Assembly: GCA_039680575.1 (NCBI GenBank)
Contig: JBDKSP010000011.1
Location: forward strand, 7,861 to 71,860
Length of the DNA: 64,000 bases
From: Armatimonadota bacterium
GTDB taxonomy: Bacteria > Armatimonadota > UBA5829 > DTLH01
Direction: 5' to 3'
The first letter of the stretch is position 1. The number at the start of each line of letters is the position of its first letter. Under the pieces are notes generated by a model. The model did no database searches and was not told where the DNA came from. It saw only the letters and a list, made by a program, of their open reading frames with translations. A program made the position numbers and the translations under genes. This document shows, piece by piece, positions 51,405 to 59,544 of this stretch.

Positions 51405-51986
51405 ATGTCAAGTAAAGGTATAGCAACTGTAGGTGAATATCTGTACTGGTCGTACGCCAACTTGGGCATGGCACACGCAGCGTTGTCTAGTGGCGCTCAT
51501 TCTTATGGCCGGGTTCACTATATAATCCGCAACAAGCTCTATCGTGGGCTGGTCAACGGTACGATGCATCTCGGCTCACTAAAGGAAGACGAGAGGTTGA
51601 AGCTTGTTATGCCACAAGCTTGCTGTTATTGTGGTTCCATAACAGAACTGACGCTGGATCACTTGATACCAACAAGCAAGGGTGGAAAAGATACAGCAGA
51701 CAACATTGTCTGGGCGTGCAAGTCATGCAATAGTTCCAAGGGTGCGATGGATGTGCTGGAGTGGCACGAAAAGACGAGCAGATTCCCATCGGTATTGCTG
51801 CTCCGACGTTATCTGAAACTTGTTATCGAGTTTTGCGATTGCAACGGATTAATGGAATCAAACCTAAATGATCTGCTTCAGCTTCCATTTTCTCTTAGGT
51901 GCATACCTCAAGAGTTTCCCGAACTTAATACATTGAAGTTATGGGTTATTCCTATCTGCAATGGTAGCTTAGTCTCACCGCTGTAG
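51405..51986 (+). CDS. HNH endonuclease-domain protein
   Basis: CCYCGS...LDHLIPTSKGG..DNIVWACKSCNSSKG is an HNH motif with Cys4 zinc ligands. AAGGAACAGG RBS. The start was trimmed from the ORF maximum of 51303 to ATG 51405. Confidence 0.7.
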   Translation: MSSKGIATVGEYLYWSYANLGMAHAALSSGAHSYGRVHYIIRNKLYRGLVNGTMHLGSLKEDERLKLVMPQACCYCGSITELTLDHLIPTSKGGKDTADNIVWACKSCNSSKGAMDVLEWHEKTSRFPSVLLLRRYLKLVIEFCDCNGLMESNLNDLLQLPFSLRCIPQEFPELNTLKLWVIPICNGSLVSPL

Positions 51987-52136
51987 CAGTGTTAATGTAT
52001 ACCTAAGATTCTGTCAGAGTTTTCACCGCGACAAATTCCCTCCCTCCATGCTAAAATAACCTAAAGAGTTTCAGGCGATTGGCTGCTAACTGAACAGCTG
52101 AGAGTCGATAAGTATAACGAAATTAGAGGTTTTGCA

Positions 52137-52790
52137 ATGTCGCATCATCATGATCACGGCTGCGATTGCGGTTGTGAGGAAAACATCAAAGTACTCTTCC
52201 AGGGAGACAGCATTACGGACTGTGACCGAAGCCGCGATGACCTGAAATGTTTGGGCCATGGCTACCCAATGTTCATCGCCTCCCGGTATCTGGCGAAACA
52301 TCCCGAATATCCGGTGGAGTTCATAAACCGAGGTGTCAGCGGCGACCGTTCGCGTGACCTTAAGGCTAGGTGGGACAAGGACTGCATCGAGATCCAGCCC
52401 GACCTGGTGTCTATTCTTGTCGGAATCAACGATGTCTGGCGCAGGTACGACAACAATGACCCGACATCTGTTGACCAGTTTGCCGATAACTGCCACGATA
52501 TCCTTACGAGAACGGTAGAATCGACCGATGCCGGAATCATCCTTCTGGAGCCATTCCTTCTTCCGGTCATGGATGAACAGGATGCATGGCGTGAGGACCT
52601 TGATCCCAAGATTCAGGTAGTCCGGGCGCTGGCGCGCGAGTTCGATGCTTCGCTCATTCCGCTGGACGGTTTGTTCGCCCAAGCCTCAACAAAGAGAGAA
52701 CCCGAGTTCTGGTCTGCTGACGGCGTTCATCCCACCTTTGAAGGTCATGCACTGATTGCTCAGGCCTGGCTGGATGCTGTAGATATTTAA
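52137..52790 (+). CDS. SGNH/GDSL-family hydrolase
   Basis: Block I GDSIT, block III GxND (VGINDV) and block V DGVHP..GH. The N-terminus is unusual: MSHHHDHGCDCGCEEN. Confidence 0.75.
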   Translation: MSHHHDHGCDCGCEENIKVLFQGDSITDCDRSRDDLKCLGHGYPMFIASRYLAKHPEYPVEFINRGVSGDRSRDLKARWDKDCIEIQPDLVSILVGINDVWRRYDNNDPTSVDQFADNCHDILTRTVESTDAGIILLEPFLLPVMDEQDAWREDLDPKIQVVRALAREFDASLIPLDGLFAQASTKREPEFWSADGVHPTFEGHALIAQAWLDAVDI

Positions 52791-52815
52791 AAGAAAGGCT
52801 GCCTGAGTAGAGTAT

Positions 52816-53784
52816 ATGCTTTTAGAATACAATCACCCGTCAGTCAGATTGACCGGACGCTGGTACTGCGATTCGGAGAAACGTGCTTCCACCGTCTGCA
52901 CAGGGTCGAGTATCGATATTGCATTTAAAGGCGGATACGCCCTGCTTTTCTTCGATACGTCGACCAACATCGATCCGTTTCCGCATCTCTGGTTGGAACT
53001 CGATGGAAATGGAAGGGTCGAAGCGCCTCTCGACCGTATACTCAGAGTCGAGGCTGAAGGACAGGGACAACATCACCTCAAAGTCATCTTCAAATCTGCC
53101 GTCGAGCTTCAAAACCGCTGGAAAGAGCCGATTCAAGCTGTAATTCGCTTCAAAGGAGTAGAGGTAGAAGACGCAGCAGAGCTGTCTTCGGAAGAGAAGC
53201 CTGTAATCGAGTTCGTAGGGGATTCGATTACCGAGGGAATTCTTATCGATGTAGAGCACTGCCCAGCAGCAAACTACAACCAGAGAATATATCAGGATGA
53301 CGCATGCGCTACTTATGCATGGCTTGCAGCCGAGAAGCTTTCGATGCAGCCGGTGATGATGGGGTTCGGCAGAATCGGTGTCACGATAGATGCGAACGGC
53401 GGAGTGCCTGTGATTCAGGAGTCCTATCCGCTTTGTTATGAAGGAGCGCCGCTCACGGATAGTAAACCCAAAGCGATAGTCATCAATATCGGCACGAATG
53501 ATATGTCTGCACCGCTGGATGACTTCAAAAATGGTTATATTGCCCTGCTGAAAGCGATACGTTCGAAAAACCCCGATGCAGGGATATTTGCGTTATCTCC
53601 GTTTATCGGCTATTTCGAGGAAAGCCTGCCTGGTATAGTCGCTGAATACAACGATACGTGCCACGATGATGTCAAAGTTATCAGCACGGCAGGATGGCTG
53701 CCTAAAGAGCCCATGCACCCGCGGAGAGACGGGCACAAACGCGCGGGGAAACTCCTGGCGGAACAATTGGCAAAATCGATATAA
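52816..53784 (+). CDS. SGNH hydrolase with an N-terminal beta-sandwich domain (CE2-like carbohydrate esterase architecture)
   Basis: The C-terminal half has the GDSITEG and GTNDM blocks. The roughly 120-aa N-terminal domain precedes it. Confidence 0.6.
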   Translation: MLLEYNHPSVRLTGRWYCDSEKRASTVCTGSSIDIAFKGGYALLFFDTSTNIDPFPHLWLELDGNGRVEAPLDRILRVEAEGQGQHHLKVIFKSAVELQNRWKEPIQAVIRFKGVEVEDAAELSSEEKPVIEFVGDSITEGILIDVEHCPAANYNQRIYQDDACATYAWLAAEKLSMQPVMMGFGRIGVTIDANGGVPVIQESYPLCYEGAPLTDSKPKAIVINIGTNDMSAPLDDFKNGYIALLKAIRSKNPDAGIFALSPFIGYFEESLPGIVAEYNDTCHDDVKVISTAGWLPKEPMHPRRDGHKRAGKLLAEQLAKSI

Positions 53785-53847
53785 GCAAGAGGCAGTCCTG
53801 TAATTCAAAAACGGGGCTGCCTCACATCATATTCTCAGTGGCTGAAC

Positions 53848-54372
53848 CTACTTCACGCCCAGCTTGGCAAACTCAGCTTTCAGTGTATCTGCGCTTACTT
53901 CACCGATGAATATCGCCTTGATTACTCCGTCTTTGTCGATGATAAAGGTAGCTGGAACACCCTCGATACCGTAATTCTCGATCACATCGGCACCTGCGTC
54001 CGTTCCCGCGAATGCGTTCTGGTATTTGACGGAGTATTCCTTTACGAATTTTTGAGCGCTTTCAATGCTGCCATCTACGCTTACGCCGACAACATTTATT
54101 CCCTTGGATTTGAGATCGTCGTATACTTTGTTCAGGATCGGAGCCTCATTCTGGCAGTGAGAACACCAGCTTGCCCAGAAAGCCAGCATGGTGGGTTTAT
54201 TGGTATAGTCGGACAGCTTAATGGTTGATTTCCCATCGACACTGCCGAGCGAGAAATTCGGAGCCTTCTCGCCCACGGACACGGCCGCTGAAGCCGTGGG
54301 GGCGAGGACCAGCATAACAGTTACTACCAGCACTAATGCCGATGCCAAAGCCGACCTGTTATATAGCATCAT
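53848..54372 (-). CDS. TlpA-like periplasmic thiol:disulfide oxidoreductase
   Basis: Signal/anchor sequence followed by a thioredoxin fold with WASWCSHCQ (a CXXC active site). Confidence 0.8.
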   Translation of the reverse strand: MMLYNRSALASALVLVVTVMLVLAPTASAAVSVGEKAPNFSLGSVDGKSTIKLSDYTNKPTMLAFWASWCSHCQNEAPILNKVYDDLKSKGINVVGVSVDGSIESAQKFVKEYSVKYQNAFAGTDAGADVIENYGIEGVPATFIIDKDGVIKAIFIGEVSADTLKAEFAKLGVK

Positions 54373-54490
54373 ATCTCACCTACTGCTAACAGCATTGCCC
54401 CACTTGTAGTACTGTTACCCGTTTATTGTTGCAATTGCAGCATTTGAATAAATGGGATAGTGCTGACGGCTGAAAACTGAATGCTGATAG

Positions 54491-56773
54491 CTAACGAAGC
54501 AGTTCTCTGAGCAGGAATGCGGCGCCCTGTTTATCGAGAGGTTCGTTGTTGTTACCGCATTTGGGCGATTGGACGCATGACGGGCAGCCGTCCTCGCAGC
54601 GGCAGTCTTCTATGGCTCTCAGAGTGGCAGCCAGAACTTCATCCAGCCGGTAATATGCCGTTTCGGATATGCCTACTCCGCCGGGGTGGGCATCGTAGAT
54701 GAAGATAGCGGGCAGGTTCGATACATCGGGATGAGCCGGGTGCGACACGCCGCCGATGTCCTGCCGGTCGCACATAGCGAAAAGCGGTAATATCCCGATG
54801 GCAGCGTGTTCTATCGCATGGATACTGCCCGCGAGGTTGAACCCTCTTCCAACGAGTTTACCGGCAAGCTCCTGTGGGATCGAAAACCAGACCGATTGCG
54901 TCGGAAAATCGATCTCTGGCAGGTCGAGCGGCACATGCTCGATCATCTCGTCGGTGAACAGCTTTTTGCGCCTGAAACCGGTCACCTTGCTCGTGACCTG
55001 CACATCCCCCTGATAGGCTGTGGTCTTGAAGAAAGGTTTTTCGCCGAGTGTTTCTTTCTTCATGATCCAGGTCATAGAGCTTGGCACGGTGTAGTAGTTC
55101 AAATCGGCGGGATGCACATACGCCGTTCTTTCGCTTACATCCAGCTTTTCGACGATGTAGGACTCGCCGCCGTGAAGGTAGACCGCTCCCTGGTGGATAG
55201 TCTCGAAGGCGTTGGTCGCGTCGACCGTTCCGAGGAAAGTCATGCGCCTCACGTCGACAATATTATAGCTGTCGCTCGATGTCGAACGGATGTTGACCTC
55301 TTTGGCCGGGTAGGTGTCTCCGGTCCAGTACCATCTGCCTCGATACGCGAGCTCACCGGCTTCACCGAGCGTTGCAAGCACTTCGTATAGCCGTTCGCCG
55401 AAGAGCGCCACTTCATCATTTTCGATAGGCAGCTCATAAGCCGCGCAAAGAGCGTGCGCGGCAAGAAGATATGGGTTTTCCGGGTCGATTATCGCTTCCT
55501 CATGTGTGTGTTCGAAGAAATAATCGGGATGGCGCATCAGAAACTGGTCAATAGGGTTGTCGATGGCGACAAGGACTGCGAGCGATGATTCTTTGGTCCG
55601 CCCGGCGCGTCCGGCCTGCTGCCAGGTACTTGCTATAGTGCCGGGATAGCCCGTCATAATCGAGGCGTCGAGGTTACCGACATCGATCCCCAGTTCGAGC
55701 GCCGTTGTGCTTGTCACTCCGAGCAGATCGCCTCTGAACAGCCTGTGTTCGATCTCCCGCCGCTCTTCCGGCCTGTAACCGGCCCTGTAGGACATGATTT
55801 TGTCCGCTGCAGGCGAATGGTGGTCTTCCAGCGACTTTTTCGCGTATCGGAGGATTAGTTCAGCGCTTTTGCGTGCGAGAGTGAAGACTATTGTCCTGAC
55901 TCCGCTTTCGACCAGCTTGATAAAGATGTTGACGGCTTCCGTATTGGCGCTTTTTCGCTCGCCGTTTTGCCCGATAAGCGGAGGGTTCCAGAATATGAAA
56001 TACTTTTCGCCGGATGGAGAAGTGTCCTCATCTATGACTCTGGCTTCGAGCCCCGTCAGAGATCTGAAATGATCGCTGGGGTTGGAAATAGTTGCCGATG
56101 CGCTGATGAACTGCGGGTTTGTGCCGTAGTGCGCAGCAATTCTTCTCAGCCTGCGGATGATATCCGCGACATGCGACCCGAACACACCGCGATAGGTGTG
56201 AATTTCATCAATTACCACGTATTTCAGGTTCCTGAAGAACGATGCCCAGTTAGTGTGATACGGCAGAATGCTGACATGGAGCATATCCGGGTTGGTGAGT
56301 ATTATGTGTGAGTTCCGCCTGATCTGACCTCGCAGGTAAGACGGAGTGTCGCCGTCATAGGTAGCTGAACGCTGCGCTGCTTCGATGGGATACCTTTTGA
56401 TTTTGCCCAACTGGTCCTGAGCGAGAGCTTTTGTTGGGAATATATAAAGCGCGCGCGCATTTTGGTCATCAATGAGCGTTTCCATCACTGGGATGTTGTA
56501 GCAGAGCGTCTTTCCTGAGGCTGTGGAGGTGACGACGACCACGTTTTCGCCACGGCGTGCAGCATTTACCGCTCCGGCCTGGTGCGCGTACAGCTCGAGC
56601 ACCCCGTCGTTTTTGAGCGCTCTTTCTATTTCATCCGGCAGAGGATCATCCAGATTGCCGAAAACAGCGGGTCTCGCGGGGATATGCTCGATGTGGACTA
56701 TCTGTCCGCGATAATCGGGATCATTCTTCAACCTCTCGATAAATTCGTACGCGCGCAAGTAAAATCGCTCCAA
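54491..56773 (-). CDS. DEAD/DEAH-box helicase with a C-terminal DUF1998 zinc domain (MrfA/YprA-like)
   Basis: Motif I TSTASGKT, motif II VVIDEIHTY, and a C-terminal CRCEDGCPSCVQSPKCGN four-Cys cluster. Total length 760 aa. Confidence 0.85.
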   Translation of the reverse strand: MERFYLRAYEFIERLKNDPDYRGQIVHIEHIPARPAVFGNLDDPLPDEIERALKNDGVLELYAHQAGAVNAARRGENVVVVTSTASGKTLCYNIPVMETLIDDQNARALYIFPTKALAQDQLGKIKRYPIEAAQRSATYDGDTPSYLRGQIRRNSHIILTNPDMLHVSILPYHTNWASFFRNLKYVVIDEIHTYRGVFGSHVADIIRRLRRIAAHYGTNPQFISASATISNPSDHFRSLTGLEARVIDEDTSPSGEKYFIFWNPPLIGQNGERKSANTEAVNIFIKLVESGVRTIVFTLARKSAELILRYAKKSLEDHHSPAADKIMSYRAGYRPEERREIEHRLFRGDLLGVTSTTALELGIDVGNLDASIMTGYPGTIASTWQQAGRAGRTKESSLAVLVAIDNPIDQFLMRHPDYFFEHTHEEAIIDPENPYLLAAHALCAAYELPIENDEVALFGERLYEVLATLGEAGELAYRGRWYWTGDTYPAKEVNIRSTSSDSYNIVDVRRMTFLGTVDATNAFETIHQGAVYLHGGESYIVEKLDVSERTAYVHPADLNYYTVPSSMTWIMKKETLGEKPFFKTTAYQGDVQVTSKVTGFRRKKLFTDEMIEHVPLDLPEIDFPTQSVWFSIPQELAGKLVGRGFNLAGSIHAIEHAAIGILPLFAMCDRQDIGGVSHPAHPDVSNLPAIFIYDAHPGGVGISETAYYRLDEVLAATLRAIEDCRCEDGCPSCVQSPKCGNNNEPLDKQGAAFLLRELLR

Positions 56774-56797
56774 ATAATATGCTTCCGGGATAACATC

Positions 56798-56836
56798 CTA
56801 CCACGTGGACCCACTGGACCACGTGGAGAAGCACGA
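56798..56836. repeat. REP-like palindromic element, single unit (same family as 51201-51271)
   Basis: ctaccacgtggacccactggaccacgtggagaagcacga shares the flanks ctacc..cgtggacc and ggaccacg.gg.agaagcacga with the 51.2-kb copy. Confidence 0.75.
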
Positions 56837-57068
56837 TATTCACTAAACTAGGGTATTATGCCCTTATCGAGGGTGGAGGTCAAGCGGAAAAGCGAGGTTC
56901 AGGGGGTAGGGGATGATAAGAATACTGGAGAAAACCGGTATATCTAGCAGTTGACATTTCGCTATGCTGATGATAGCCTTAGCAAGCTGCCGCTAAATGT
57001 GGCAGAAACGAATGCAGCTAATTTTCAGACACCGCATATAGTATTTTTATGGGGAACAGGAGTGAATC

Positions 57069-57764
57069 ATGGTATATTCTACTTTACGCTCAAGATTGTG
57101 CAGCGTGGTTATCTTAATTTTCATACTGCTTTGTTTTACCGCACTTCCAGTTAGCGCCGCGCAAGTATACTGGGCGGACTGGATTAACGGTACGGTGGGC
57201 AATAACGGGTCTGTATCCGGTGTAATCAATTTACCCGGCAAGACATTGAGCTTGAGATATACTGGGCAGTCATACTTCATCACGACATCCGGCGGCACGA
57301 ATTACTGGAATCCTTCTACGCCGTACGTCAGCGCTATGGTCGGCAATCCGCCACCGGCGTCGGATATCATCGCCATAAGCGACACCTCTATGAGGACTTT
57401 GACATTCTCTGAGCCGGTACAGAATCTATTCCTGGCGTTCGTGAGCCTGAATGGCAATGGATACAAGTTCAATCACGATTTCGAAATCGTAAGTACCGGC
57501 AGGGGATATTGGGGCGACGGAACAGTCGTCAGAGAAGACTTGGGCGGAAATCTATATGAGTTACGCGCGACAAGTAATGAACCGCATGGTGTGATACGGT
57601 TCAAGGATCCTGTATCCTCACTGTCATGGACATGCAATGTAAATGAGAATTGGCACGGCTTTACAGTCGGTACATACAATGTGCCTGAACCCGGCTCGTG
57701 CGTTGTGCTGGGAGGCGGCTTAATGAGCCTGCTCGGATACGCTCTACGCCGCAAGAGAAGCTAA
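57069..57764 (+). CDS. PEP-CTERM sorting-domain protein
   Basis: Signal peptide. The C-terminus is VPEPGSCVVLGGGLMSLLGYALRRKRS. Confidence 0.7.
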   Translation: MVYSTLRSRLCSVVILIFILLCFTALPVSAAQVYWADWINGTVGNNGSVSGVINLPGKTLSLRYTGQSYFITTSGGTNYWNPSTPYVSAMVGNPPPASDIIAISDTSMRTLTFSEPVQNLFLAFVSLNGNGYKFNHDFEIVSTGRGYWGDGTVVREDLGGNLYELRATSNEPHGVIRFKDPVSSLSWTCNVNENWHGFTVGTYNVPEPGSCVVLGGGLMSLLGYALRRKRS

Positions 57765-57885
57765 TCCCTTCAAGGCAAAATACAGATCTACACTAGCCCC
57801 AGGTTTGCAGGAATGCATGCCTGGGGCTATTATCATGTTCACTCTGTAACCTCAGCTATTGATTCCACGTCATTACTTAATATAT

Positions 57886-57965
57886 ATTAAGTATATAGAG
57901 AAGTGATTATGCATTAAGTATATAGAGAAGTGATTATACATTAAGTATATAGAGAAGTGATATGG
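57886..57965 (+). repeat. Tandem direct repeat: 2 full 27-bp units and 1 partial unit (ATTAAGTATATAGAGAAGTGATTAT[G/A]C), immediately upstream of the RND operon
   Basis: Unit 1 at 57886-57912 and unit 2 at 57913-57939 differ by 1 nt. A partial unit 3 runs 57940-57965. An 18-bp perfect palindrome acttaatatatattaagt (57874-57891) overlaps the first unit. Confidence 0.85.
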
Positions 57966-57975
57966 AGATTTGTAG

Positions 57976-59544
57976 ATGAAGAGATGGTTGAGCATTGTAA
58001 TGCCTGTTTTTTTGTTAGGTTCGCTTGTCACCTGGCGGATTGCACAAAAAAAGGCTGAGAACGCCTCCCAGTCACAGCAAATGGGTGCAAGGATGAAGGG
58101 ACCGGTATCGGTTGCTCTCGGAAAAGTCGAAATCAAAGACCTTTCAAGCACATTTGATGCGATGGGCTCGGTTGAAGCGCCTATGAGCGTAAAAATTGCT
58201 CCGAAAGTTACCGGACGCATAGATTATCTTGATGTCCATGAAGGCGACCGGGTGCGAAAAGGCCAGGTCCTGGTGAAGATAGACGCATCGGACGTGGAGG
58301 CTCAAGTTCAACAGGCAATGGCTGCGGTGGCAGAAGCGCGCTACCGCCTTGCTCAGGCACAGATGACTCAAAACCCCACAGATGTTTCGATAAACACCCA
58401 GATAACTCAGCAAGGATCAGCGCTCGCAAGCGCCGCTGCCGATTACGATCAGGCGCAAAAGTCCGCCGATGCGCAGATTTTGGCAGCCGAGGCCAACTTA
58501 AAAGACTCTGGATCGAAAATAGAGAACGCAAAAGCCGCAGTAAACAGTGCTCAAGCCAATGTAGACAACGCGCAGACGAAATTTGATAGATCCCAGAGAT
58601 TGTATGAGAAAGGCTACGTAGCCGCTCAGGATGTGGATGACACCAAAGCTGCTCTGACTGTGCAAAAGTCAAATCTGGAAATCGCAAATGGACAGCTCAA
58701 ATCAGCAATTCTCCAAAAGGATGCCGTTGCAGAGCAGCTCAATGTGACGAAAGCTAAAGCGGTATCCGACATAGCGGCAGCTAAAGCCAAGCTCACTCAG
58801 ACGCAGGCATCTTTGAAATACGCTACGGCAAACACATCGCAGAAGAGCGCATATCGGCAGAGCATCGCTGCACTGAAAGCCTCTGTGGATGCTGCTATGG
58901 CAGGTCTCAGAAGCGCACAGGCTAAGCGTCAGGATACCATTCTTAGATCGCCTCTTGACGGCTTCGTTACCGGACGCTACGCCGACCCCGGCGCAATCGC
59001 TTCGCCCACTCAGCCAGTGCTCGCAGTGCAGTTCACCAAGCAGATATGGGTGTCAGTATCTGTCCCGGAAGACATCTGTTCAAGAATTCATATAGGCCAA
59101 CCATCCAAAATCAACTTCGATGCTTTTCCGGATAAAACATTCAGTGCGAGTGTGATACAGATCAACCCATCAGCCGATTCGATGAGCAGGCAGTTCACCG
59201 TTCGCGTCATAATGGCTAACCCGGACAGCATGTTCAAGCCGGGAATGTTCACACATGTCTCTATAGAGACTGACCGCGTGCATAATGCAGTAGTAGTGCC
59301 GCGCGAAGCCGTACAGACTGACCGTGACGGCAAGTACGTGATGACTGTTGGGGCGGACAAAACGGCCAGACGTGTTCCTGTATCACCGCAGGGTGGGGAC
59401 GACAGCTTTATCAACATAGGAAATGCCCTGAAACCCGGCGACAGCGTAATTATTATGTCTGCGACGCCGGTTAAGGACGGTCTGAAGGTTAAGACCGGAG
59501 AGCAGCGCGGCAAGGGAGGCTTTGGGAAGGCAGGGCGTAAATGA
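57976..59544 (+). CDS. Efflux RND transporter periplasmic adaptor (HlyD/AcrA family)
   Basis: TM anchor, long coiled-coil, then beta-barrel and MP domains. There is a 4-bp overlap with the downstream pump gene. Confidence 0.85.
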   Translation: MKRWLSIVMPVFLLGSLVTWRIAQKKAENASQSQQMGARMKGPVSVALGKVEIKDLSSTFDAMGSVEAPMSVKIAPKVTGRIDYLDVHEGDRVRKGQVLVKIDASDVEAQVQQAMAAVAEARYRLAQAQMTQNPTDVSINTQITQQGSALASAAADYDQAQKSADAQILAAEANLKDSGSKIENAKAAVNSAQANVDNAQTKFDRSQRLYEKGYVAAQDVDDTKAALTVQKSNLEIANGQLKSAILQKDAVAEQLNVTKAKAVSDIAAAKAKLTQTQASLKYATANTSQKSAYRQSIAALKASVDAAMAGLRSAQAKRQDTILRSPLDGFVTGRYADPGAIASPTQPVLAVQFTKQIWVSVSVPEDICSRIHIGQPSKINFDAFPDKTFSASVIQINPSADSMSRQFTVRVIMANPDSMFKPGMFTHVSIETDRVHNAVVVPREAVQTDRDGKYVMTVGADKTARRVPVSPQGGDDSFINIGNALKPGDSVIIMSATPVKDGLKVKTGEQRGKGGFGKAGRK

